A stretch of DNA of 62,418 bases, counting the filler, from Vannella sp. (Eukaryota): assembly GCA_023345925.1 (NCBI GenBank). It is 6 parts of 6 records of this genome, joined end to end, with 100 filler letters (N's around TTAATTAATTAA, not from the genome) between each part and the next. Parts side by side here need not be neighbours in the genome. Positions count along the whole stretch, not along the records: positions 17,173 to 25,861 come from JAJQQN010001162.1; positions 25,962 to 39,240 come from JAJQQN010000658.1; 4 more parts are not named here. One strand, written 5' to 3'. Positions 22,412 to 32,000 of this stretch are shown here, in pieces. Position 1 is the first letter of the stretch. Every line of letters begins with the position of its first letter. A program made the position numbers and the translations under genes. The notes beneath the pieces were generated by a model, which saw only the letters and a program-made list of their open reading frames with translations, was not told the origin of the DNA and searched no databases.

Positions 22412-22690
22412 CCCGAAGACCAGACGACTGACGTGGCTCTCCCCCACACGCTGCCACGTGTCACTTCTGGAGGATCTTCTGGTTTGGTGTTCAATTCATT
22501 CAAATTGCTTGTTCTCCTTCAGAACCGATTTGTTTTTCTCTCATTTCTATTGTTAATGCTCCAAGGTGCTCGGTTCAAGCTCGGGAATGAGGGTGGACTG
22601 GAGAAAGCAAACGGGGATGCTTCAGAGACAAAAAGGCTTTCTTCACCACGCTCGGGGCACTCCGCTGGGAGGCTTCACTTCCGTAGGACG

Positions 22691-24331
22691 ATGTCGGATC
22701 TTTCCCTGCTGACAGATATTCCTCCTCTTGATAGAGGCGCAGAGCCAGAGTTGTTGGTGACTGCAAGTTTGGCGCCCTCTCTATCTGCTGTGCCCTCTGC
22801 TTGTCGTGGGTTGTGTGAGAAGGCGCCCAAGGAGTCGCACTCCTTGCCTGTGATTTCTCACCTGTCTAAGCCACGTAACACCATTCGCATGAGCGATGAA
22901 GATAAGATGCGTTATATTGCTCATCTTAATAGTACAACGAAGCCTTCCACAGCTTCTAAACGCCTGAGTGAGACTCCCCCTGAAAGATATCACCGTCACA
23001 CGGACTCTGGCAGCAAAGGATTACCCTCTAATTCACTATATAAGGTTGCTAAGAGTGTATGGAATGCACGAGACAGCGAAGAGCTCACGATCCTTGAAGG
23101 AGACAAGCTCATGTTCCACTTGGAAGACTCGAGCTGGGTTCTTGGGGAACGAATCAGTGAACCAGGCAAGCGAGGATGGTTCCCTATCACTGTTCTCCTT
23201 TCAACAGCCCAGCATACGTCTACTCGCCTTGAAATTCGCTCTATCAAGGGCACAAGCGACCTGCCCACGAGCGAATCTCTGCAGGGCCATCGCAAGCGCA
23301 TCAGCCTTCGATTAGAGACGTTTCTTGCAAACAGACCAAATGAGACGGAGCTAGTAGAAGGGCACATCCTCCAAACTGACTACGAAAGCTCGAGAGAGAG
23401 TTATGCGTTGATTCCCGCTCCTCCCCCGTTGCCACACGCCTCTCTGGTTGGGACAGCCATTGGGATGTTCAACAAGCATGCACGGAAAGGAGTGGAGTTC
23501 GTCATCAAGAACCAGGTGCTGGAGGATTGCTCAGCTCGTGGCATTGCCCAATGGCTCTTCCAGACCAGTGACATCGACAAACACGTTCTTGGAGACTATC
23601 TAGGTGACCCTGAGTCGATGAACTGCCAAGTGCGGGACTGTATCTTTGACTTTCTGGACTTTTCGTGCTTGGAGTATGACATGGCCCTTCGCCGCTTCCT
23701 GGATGTGTTCCGCTTGCCCGGCGAAGCTCAAAAGATCGATCGGTTGATGGAAGCCTTTGCTAAGAAGTACTATGCGGGACACAGGGAGGGCTTCTTCCGC
23801 TCAGCTGATGCGGCGTACATCCTGGCTTTCTCCACTGTCATGCTCAATACCGATCTTCACAACCCCTCGGTCAAGAAGAAGATGACAAAGGATCAGTGGG
23901 TGTCACAGAACCGAGGAGTGAATGAGTCTGCGGACTTTCCTCGTGAGTTCTTGGAGGATTTGTACGACACCATAGAGGAGGACGAGATAACCGATCGCAC
24001 GCTGCTTCCTGGGGCTTTCAAGAGGGGTTGGTTAGGTGTTTGGTGTCATGACCCTCTTCCTCGCAAGCAGCAAAGGAGTTGGGTGATGCTGGACAAGAAC
24101 GGGCTGTATTGCTTTTCCCACCCTGAGAACTTCCGCGCCACCGCCACCATCCCCCTCCGCATCATCGAGAGCCTCACAAAGACAAGCAAGGAAGGCGAAT
24201 TCATTATCCTCACAACCAACCGCTACTGGTACACCTTCACCGCCCGTTCCACCCGCTCACAAGAGTCATGGTTAGCCGCCATCACCAACCTGCGGGGCGA
24301 TCAGCAGACAGAAGGAGATCAAAAAATGTAA
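22691..24331 (+). CDS. Cytohesin-like ArfGEF with SH3-RPEL-Sec7-PH architecture (start may be further upstream)
   Basis: SH3 (EELTILEGD..SSW..RGWFP), RPEL-like LETFLANRPNETELVEGHIL, Sec7 FRLPGEAQKIDRLMEAFA and MLNTDLHN, PH domain (KRGWL...SWLAAI). Confidence 0.9.
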   Translation: MSDLSLLTDIPPLDRGAEPELLVTASLAPSLSAVPSACRGLCEKAPKESHSLPVISHLSKPRNTIRMSDEDKMRYIAHLNSTTKPSTASKRLSETPPERYHRHTDSGSKGLPSNSLYKVAKSVWNARDSEELTILEGDKLMFHLEDSSWVLGERISEPGKRGWFPITVLLSTAQHTSTRLEIRSIKGTSDLPTSESLQGHRKRISLRLETFLANRPNETELVEGHILQTDYESSRESYALIPAPPPLPHASLVGTAIGMFNKHARKGVEFVIKNQVLEDCSARGIAQWLFQTSDIDKHVLGDYLGDPESMNCQVRDCIFDFLDFSCLEYDMALRRFLDVFRLPGEAQKIDRLMEAFAKKYYAGHREGFFRSADAAYILAFSTVMLNTDLHNPSVKKKMTKDQWVSQNRGVNESADFPREFLEDLYDTIEEDEITDRTLLPGAFKRGWLGVWCHDPLPRKQQRSWVMLDKNGLYCFSHPENFRATATIPLRIIESLTKTSKEGEFIILTTNRYWYTFTARSTRSQESWLAAITNLRGDQQTEGDQKM

Positions 24332-24355
24332 AATAATTATTCTCAAAACTTTTCA

Positions 24356-25363
24356 TTATTTTGTGCCCTTCGAGGGCGCGGTGTCTTGGTAAGGACCCAA
24401 GTCGATGCCGGGATAGCGCGCACCGAAGTTGCTGAGGGCTCTTGGGGTCCAGTAGGGGTCACCTGGAAGGGGAACTCCGAGGGCGTTGCGTTGCTCGGGA
24501 GTCCAGCGGATGAAGAAGGGTTCTACTTGGTTGTAGTAGTTCTTGATGGCGAAGGAAGGGCCCCACGTGTAGACGTGATCAGCAAAGGCTTTCTTGAAGG
24601 TCAAATTGAGCACTCGGCGGGTCTGGTGCATGGCAACAGGCGTTCCGCGGTGCCAAACGTCCAGCCGATAGAGGAGAACGTCTCCCAAGTGGGGTTTTGG
24701 ATGAACCTCTGAATCGTAAAGGTTCTGACGGAAGGCAGCTACTTCAGGGTCTACAGAGGCCAAGTACTCCTCTGCGCTCTGTCGGTCGTTGTAGAAGTCT
24801 GAGAAGATGCCATAGCCAGGCATCCGCACCAGAGGCTCTGCATAGCGTGGGTCTTTGGGACCATTCCGAGGTACAACAGCAGTTTCACCGCCGGTCTCTC
24901 GAACGTCTGAGAGATACACGATTAGCGCGATGACTTCCGGTTGATCCCAAGGAGGAGGGTGAAGGAAAGAGTTGTTGCCGTAATCGCAGTGCATACGTTG
25001 GTCATTGTTGAGTTGTGGACCAGCGAGTGTGTTGCCCTTCTTTGACCACACCATACTCTGAGCCAGGCGCACTTCCTCCACTTGTAGGCATCGCTTGGCG
25101 CCTCGGATCAGAGCAGGATGAAGGGACAAGTTATCTACTGCAGTGACAGTAGGAAAGTGACCCTTTGCATTACCAAAGTCCGAGTACTCTTGCGAGTGCT
25201 CCGGATAGAGCTCCAGAGCACCCCCCACGAAAGCTCCCACTTCCAAAGGATCGAAGAGGTTTCGCACGATGGCGAAGCCTCTCTCTTTCCAGTGCTCTAT
25301 CGCAGCTTCTGGGATCTCCCCTTCCTCCGCCCCAAAGATGTAAGACTCAGACCCTCCCAACAT
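24356..25363 (-). CDS. PhyH-family Fe(II)/2-oxoglutarate dioxygenase, intronless
   Basis: ERGFAIVRNLF N-terminal motif, HxD (HCD), distal His in WHRGT, and 2OG-binding Arg in TRR. Confidence 0.85.
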   Translation of the reverse strand: MLGGSESYIFGAEEGEIPEAAIEHWKERGFAIVRNLFDPLEVGAFVGGALELYPEHSQEYSDFGNAKGHFPTVTAVDNLSLHPALIRGAKRCLQVEEVRLAQSMVWSKKGNTLAGPQLNNDQRMHCDYGNNSFLHPPPWDQPEVIALIVYLSDVRETGGETAVVPRNGPKDPRYAEPLVRMPGYGIFSDFYNDRQSAEEYLASVDPEVAAFRQNLYDSEVHPKPHLGDVLLYRLDVWHRGTPVAMHQTRRVLNLTFKKAFADHVYTWGPSFAIKNYYNQVEPFFIRWTPEQRNALGVPLPGDPYWTPRALSNFGARYPGIDLGPYQDTAPSKGTK

Positions 25364-25561
25364 CCTCCTCTGAGCCCACAATTAATAAGGGCTCATGTTG
25401 AATTAATTGTCAGCAGGGGTGGTTATAGCTAGTAATAAGGCTTAATAATATAACACAGAAAGGCTGCTTTTGATGGAGTGAGGGGAAATGTCCATTTCCA
25501 GGACTTTCGGGGAAGGGCTCCCATTGGCTCCTTTGAGGGAAGGTCTGGGTTTCATCTTTTG

Positions 25562-25861
25562 ATGGCCAGCCCCTCTGACACATCTCGAATGGCATTGGTG
25601 AAGAGGATTGATACACTGCGGTCGCAGTTCTTGGGAAGCTGCCCTCAACGGGGAATTCATCGCCAAGCTCTTCTCATTGGTGTTGGCGCTGGGCTTGTTT
25701 CGTTCGCTGCTTCGTACTGGCACCTTCAACGCAATCCGTACATGCCCCCTGTCTCTCCCCAATGCGCTTTGCAGGACGAGGAAGAGTGGATGGTTCCTCC
25801 GTCTTTCCACAAGAGGCTCGCAGCCTCTCCGCTATCCCCCTTTGACCTCTTCTTGGGTTCA
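25562..25861 (+). CDS. 5' part of an unidentified gene (hydrophobic segment LLIGVGAGLVSFAASY), truncated by contig end
   Basis: Open frame running into the spacer; divergent from the PhyH gene. Confidence 0.4.
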
Positions 25862-25961
25862 NNNNNNNNNNNNNNNNNNNNNNNNNNNNNNNNNNNNNNN
25901 NNNNNTTAATTAATTAANNNNNNNNNNNNNNNNNNNNNNNNNNNNNNNNNNNNNNNNNNNN
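25862..25961. other. Artificial contig-joining spacer
   Basis: N-TTAATTAATTAA-N linker. Confidence 0.98.
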
Positions 25962-26141
25962 TCAACTGAGCTCGGAAGAATGTACCCAGACAGAACAAAG
26001 GCGATTTGATCGGAGACGATCGCGATCCTGGGCGTGAAATATTTTTGGCTTCTAAATTCGTCCCGTCCCGTCCCGTTCTTGTCCCGTCCCGGTTCGCTGT
26101 TTAGTCATAAGATTAATGGGGCATTCCATTTAATGAGTTAA

Positions 26142-26205
26142 AGAAGGAGTCGAGACCAGATTAGTGACTCATTCTTAGAAGGAGTTCGAGACCAGATTGG
26201 TGACT
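26142..26205. repeat. Imperfect ~28-bp tandem duplication at the 3' end of the small secreted gene
   Basis: AGAAGGAGT-CGAGACCAGATTAGTGACT (26142-26169) versus AGAAGGAGTTCGAGACCAGATTGGTGACT (26177-26205). Confidence 0.9.
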
Positions 26206-26608
26206 TGGAGTTGGCATCCGTCGATGGTGTTGTCGCATTCAACGTAGGGAAAAATGGAGCCGAAGACAAACAAGGGTACGGCTTTGGATGAAAAGCTGTT
26301 GACGAAGTTACCCTGGTAATTTTTGAAGGGCTGGTAGTCGGTCCTCTCCGGGTCACTAGTGCAGGTGTGGACAGGAGTATCACAGCCTAATTGGTACCAG
26401 CCAACCCGGTAGGTGTCATCGTTTACTGATTGAATGGAGCCAGAGACGTTGAACTCATTCAATCCAAAGACGAATGCATCCAGGTAAAAGCCAGAGAAAG
26501 TGTACACACAGTTATGGCAGATTGATATCTTGCCAGAGAAGGGAGATTGGAATCAGAGTGAACAAGGCAGATTACTGCGGAGATGAGTAGGAGTGTTGGG
26601 AGGTGCAT
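26175..26608 (-). CDS. Small orphan secreted Cys-containing protein (~128 aa), two exons
   Basis: Exon 1 MHLPTLLLISA (26608-26576), 47-nt GT..AAG intron 26575-26529, in-frame exon 2 ISICHNCVYTFSGFYL...NLVSNSF*. TATTTAAA ~33 nt upstream. Confidence 0.7.
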
Positions 26609-26640
26609 GGGATGAGTGAAGTTTTGAGCATAGAATGTTC

Positions 26641-26648
26641 TTTAAATA
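26641..26648 (-). promoter_or_regulatory. Candidate TATA box of the small secreted gene
   Basis: TATTTAAA on the minus strand, ~33 nt 5' of ATG 26608. Confidence 0.5.
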
Positions 26649-27078
26649 GTCCGTTTCGAGAACTTGCTTCCCAAATGCTTGCCGATTCAATGACACAATA
26701 ATTGTAAACCAGTTCCGAAGATCATCAATTTCATGTTTATTAACCTAGCAAGCCTGCATTTTCAGTTGGGCCAAAACCGGAATGGGGTCCCCACAGAGCC
26801 CCACCTCAATTTGGACCAATAATTGGAATTAGTCTTATTTGGATGGTCACCATGTTGGCTATGATAAGAAGGGTCGGAAAGGGCGGAGGGGATCGAGTGC
26901 CGCTTTGGCCTCTCGGGCTTTAAGCGATAAACACCAGAAGCCGAATAATTAGGCAATTATTATTTGTATTGAGGGTCCCTTTTCTGAACCCAAGTATGCC
27001 CCGTTTCTGCGACGAACACCATATTAAACATAGCTATGATTCTAGATGTACCAGGAGAGCGGTGGAGTCCACTTCCTG

Positions 27079-28993
27079 TCAGTTCGATTGATCTTGTCTT
27101 GAAGAGTGGGTTGGGCGAAGTGCTCGCAAAGGAGTGGTCGGGACCGGGTTGGGAGTGGGAAGGCGCTCGCGGGGCTGCTTTGCGGTTTGGTGCCGTGAAG
27201 GGAGATTGGATGTCACCTGGGATGACAGAGCCACCGGGATAGGGGCAGGAAAGGGGCGAGAGGCGGAGTGTGCCGTTGGTCGGTGGGGATTCGCGAGGGG
27301 GCTTTTGAAAGAGTCCTTGGAAGTCAGGAGGCGTAGATGAAGAAGTTCAAAGTTGGGGTTCTCTTCTTCCTGGTCCATCGTCACCAAATAGGGCTCTCCC
27401 CGGAAATAGAAAGCTTCGCCTTTGTGTTCCCGGTGCCACTGTTTCAGTGTCTGTCGTAGACTTGTTGTCAGACGAGGGAAATCCTTGGCCACAAGCTTGC
27501 GGAACTTCTCCTCTTCCAAGAGGCGAGAGCTGCTACCTTTGAAACGGTTGGGGTCCGAGGCCGAGTCCTCGAAGCGTTTCATTTCGGATTTGATCCATTC
27601 TCTTCGCTCTATCTGTTTCATCAGTGGTCCCATGCGTTTCCATAGTTCGTTCAGCCTCTCTATTTCATTCAGGACTGCGTCCAGTGTATGTTGGGTGTAC
27701 TCTTCGTTGTGACCAGGAGCGAATTGGCTCCTTTGTGCTTCACTGAATTGAAATTTGTCCCATACAGAATGCAACTCTCTGCGTGCTCTCTCGATCAGGT
27801 CCTTGATAATGGCCTCTTTCATCTTACTTAAGCGAAGGAACTCTTTCTCACACTAATTCTTTGTCAGTCCCTGTCTAAGAGATCGGCCAACTTACAGATT
27901 CAATCGTGGATAAAGAGAATCTCTTGTTGGTGGGAGTGTCATTGAGAAGGGTGCGAAGGAATTCCTGACGTTCCTCCGGAGTCCCCGCTTTCTTGCCAAG
28001 TAAAGCTTCCCAAAGGCTAGTTCTGTGCGAGTCTGAAGAGGATACCTTCAGTTCTCTCCAGAGATTGCATATTTGTGGCATTAGGAACTTAACAGTGCTG
28101 TGGAGTCTTTGAAAGGCCAATTGTAGCTCGTTTCTTCGTTCCTCCAGGAGCAGAATGGTCCTAGCCATACTAATTCGTATTTCGCCTTCTACATAGTGGA
28201 AGCCTAACGCATCCTCTGAGCCAGAAAGACCCACAAAGCGGTCGATTGGGTGCTCTCTTGACTCTTCTTCGGTCCAACTGAGTTCCTGCCACAGCGTTCG
28301 GATCTGTTCTCGTAGAAGAGAGATAAGCTTTCTACTTTCGTTCACATGTAGTGCTGTCAAATGGACGGCCTCCTTCCATTGGGACAGTCGCGTGGAGGAC
28401 AAGTCTGGCAGTTCGACCGAAACTCCCTCAGCTTGATCTGCCATGGGACATGGGAGATACAAAAGGGTAGATAAAAGCGAGGGGAACATACTACCAATAG
28501 TAGAGTCCAGCTCAGAGCATAAAGGAGTGAGTTGTCCCTGAAGGCGAACGATTTCGGTCTCTCTGGCAATACTTAGCTCTTGAAAGCGATTAAAACAGCG
28601 CCTAGAAGAAACCAGTTGGTCTATGAGAGTTGCTTGCATACCCTGAAAGGATGATCAGTGATGCCATAAGGAGATCAGAGTGCCCACCTCTGTGTCAGGG
28701 AGATTCTCTGCAAGTGAGAAGCTCAGGCGCTCTACCTGCTGTGTGATATGAAATAAAGAGAGCTCAAGAAGCTTCCTTGTACCCTCTGATTCCCGTAGAC
28801 GGCGAAGAATCGGCTCCATTATCTCTTTTCGGAGTTCTTCAAGCGCTTTGCTCCACTCCGTGGCACTCTGAGGCAGTAAGGAGATATCATTCTCATGTGT
28901 GAAGAGTAGAACTGTCCCATTGACTCTCCAGCTGCGAGAAAGCTCGTCGAGAGACGCTGTAACATCAAGAGAGAGGCTCGCCAGAGTGGCCAT
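27079..28993 (-). CDS. MAP65/Ase1/PRC1 microtubule-bundling protein, multi-exon
   Basis: Signature FEDSASDPNRF..SSRLLEEEKFRK, coiled-coil repeats (LWQEL, LWREL) and a basic disordered tail; introns near 27853-27895 and 28643-28687. Confidence 0.88.
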
Positions 28994-29004
28994 GCTGGAA
29001 ATGA

Positions 29005-32000
29005 TCATTTATTAAGTGCGGGGGGTGCCAAAGAGCTTCGTCTTGTAAAGGAGAAAGACTGACTCGAGAAGATGAGATTACTGGACTGCTCATCCTGGCC
29101 AAATTGCTGGAGAAGGTGGATGGTGCGTTGTAAACGCACCGCCACCCAACGCGCTATTCGAGGGGAGGAGAAGTGGATGGTTTGCTCCTCCCTTTCTTGA
29201 AGTTCGTTGAAGAACCAAGTCCGGTTCTTAAAATAGGTGAAGGTAACTTGCTCGCTTTCCGCTTGGACTTGGTCCACTTCGATAACTGAAAAGGATGTGA
29301 GTGAATGATTGACATTACCGCTAGAAGGAGGACTTACGGGTCAGTTCGCACTTGAAATGAGGAAGCTGCGAAGGGACATCCACTAGATAAAGATGCTTAT
29401 CGGATACAAGAAGCAGAGTTTGAGTGTTTGAGGTCAAACAATGGAATAGATGCCACTCGGATATGGTGGGACGATCGTCTAAAGAGCTCATAATACAGCT
29501 TCCAACAGCTTTCTCTTCTGAATATTCCATCAAAAGTCTTTCAGGACCAAAGCCTCGAGGGGGCCGGAGGCGTTGATAAGGTTTCTCTTGTAAGAGAGCC
29601 GTGTTCTTGATGCCTTGTGCTGTGCGAGTAGCAAGATCAAAGATTCCAATACTTGGGTTCACAGCAGCACCAATGAGACCACGCCCAGTTCCCATAATGG
29701 CACCGCGAATGCCCCCTGTGCGAGCTCCTTGCCATGGCTGCCGTACCAAACCAATGACACCTGAGGTCAACCCGTATGTTAAATCTTTGGCTCCCCACCA
29801 GAGGCCTTGTCCCATATCAACAGGAATCTCTCCTGAATGAGCTTGGCGAGTTTGCACAAACTCAGGATCCATAGAAAGCTGGGCAACTCCCATACCCAGG
29901 GTTCTAGTGATATTGGAAGTTGTTCCAAAGATTCCTGCGACCGAATTCTTCATCAAACTGGAAGAGCCTTTCCGAACCCCTTCAAGAAAGTCTCTTGGGC
30001 TTTGCACAATCCCCTTTGCTGGTTCGTGGAAGAAATCTCTCACTCCAGTTCCCAGGGTATGAACGAGACTGACTGGATTACCGATAATGTCAAAGGAGCC
30101 GATGATGTTGAAAACACCCAACAGTGCTTGACGACCGTAATGTTTGCTGATACGCCGGAAAATCTCAGATTGCTTGTGAAATGCGTTTTCCAAATACAGG
30201 GCGTTGAGTGATATGGGCGCATTTTCCACGTTAGCTATGGATATTCCAATCGCTGAAGAGACGTTCTTAATAACATTGGTCCCAACGCTCTGTTGAGATT
30301 GCTTCTGGTGCAGTGGGAAGGAAGAATAGGTGAAAGTCAGATTGAGTTTGCAAGGATTGATGTGGAGCACTGCAAAGTAGATCTTTGGAGAAGATTGCTT
30401 AGGTTCTGCATTCACTTGAAGTCTTTGATCCATATGAGCAAAGTCCGGGTCAGCTGAGACTCTCATCTGAAGATTAAAGAAGCCCACCAGTTGGTTGATA
30501 ATGATGTCATCCAGCTTGAGGTCAATCTCTTGAATCAAGAAAGACAGGTAATGGATGAACGTGATTGACTTGTAGTAATTTGACTTGATGACAGAGAACT
30601 GGAAGATTGGCGAATGGTCATCAGAGACTCTGATAGTTCTTGATGCAAGGACTGGATAAGTTGCACAAGGAAGCTGGTTATCCACTTGAAGGTTACCAAT
30701 GCTAGCTTGGAGTCTCATCTGCTTGCTAGAATGGTCCATTTGGAAAGCTATTTGCTGCAAACTGAGATATAACAGCTCTTGGGGAAGATCATCGATAATA
30801 GAGATGCCCAATCCTCGGATATCTACTTTGAAGGAGACCATTTTGTGGTCCCGTACTGCCTGACTCTCTTCTGAAAGGACAAGAGCGCTGTCAATCTCGG
30901 GAAGAGGGTGAACATCGGGATTAATTATGCGAAGGATTCGCGTGGGCCCCTCTGCCACGACCTCGCCAACTATTCTCATCACATTGGGTAACTCTGACAC
31001 TTCCGAGGGTACTCTGGTGACTTCAAATTGCTGCCGGAGACGCAGAGTGTGAGTGGGATGGCGAGCAATCTTGTCCAGGTTGAATTCTTGCTGATAGCCG
31101 AACTCTGGAATCTCGACAACGAGAACGTGGCGGGCCACATCTGGAATGTCAAACAGATAAGGTGTTTGGGAGTAGGGTGCCAGGCTTTGGGGCTGTCCCA
31201 GATAGCACTTTTGGTGATAAAGCAAAGTACAGTTCGTGCTGTTCTCAATCTGGTAAGGAGGATCCTCCAGAGTTTCCTCTTTGAGGAGGATAAGGAAGCT
31301 ACTTTTGGACAACTGAATCTCGACATTGATGAGTCTGGTATTGTGATGAGGAGCGAGTTCGGTAGGAAGGCGGGAACGCTTCTTTAGGGAGGCTTGGTTC
31401 TCATTGTAAGGGACTTTAACGATAAATTCCGCAATTTGAGTGATTTGGAAGCTGGAAGACCACAGATGAGAGTCCCCTAAAGACACACAAAGCTCCAGCG
31501 GCAAAGTACCGTCTGGCCAGTGGAACGGAAGTTGACTGAACGGCTCAAGAAGATAACCAGTTCCAGTTTCAGATTGCCTGAAAAACACATTTTGAGTCAA
31601 TTGGCTTATCAGTATGTAGCGTGGTACAAAGGAGATTTGCTTGGTGCGGAAGAAACGCCCAGGAAGAAGATCAATAGTGATACCGAGTTCATATTGCGTG
31701 CGGCCAAGGCTTTCTGGCTGTCTTACAATCAAAGAGCCTTCGGTCCCAACCTTATCTAAGCCTACTGGTGTGGACCAAAGTGATTCAGCCACTTTGATGC
31801 AAGTCTTATTTCCGAAGAACATCTTGGCGGGATGCGCATAAGAGTACATTCGCGGTCGATAAGCAAGCTCCTCTCTGTAGTCCTGCTCTCTTGGGTCGCC
31901 CTTAGTTTCAGCTAGAATAGGTTCAACGTCATCATCAAGCTCTCCTGCAGTATTTTCGGATGCACCCTTGATGCGGTAGAAGATAGGAAGCCCTGTTTTG

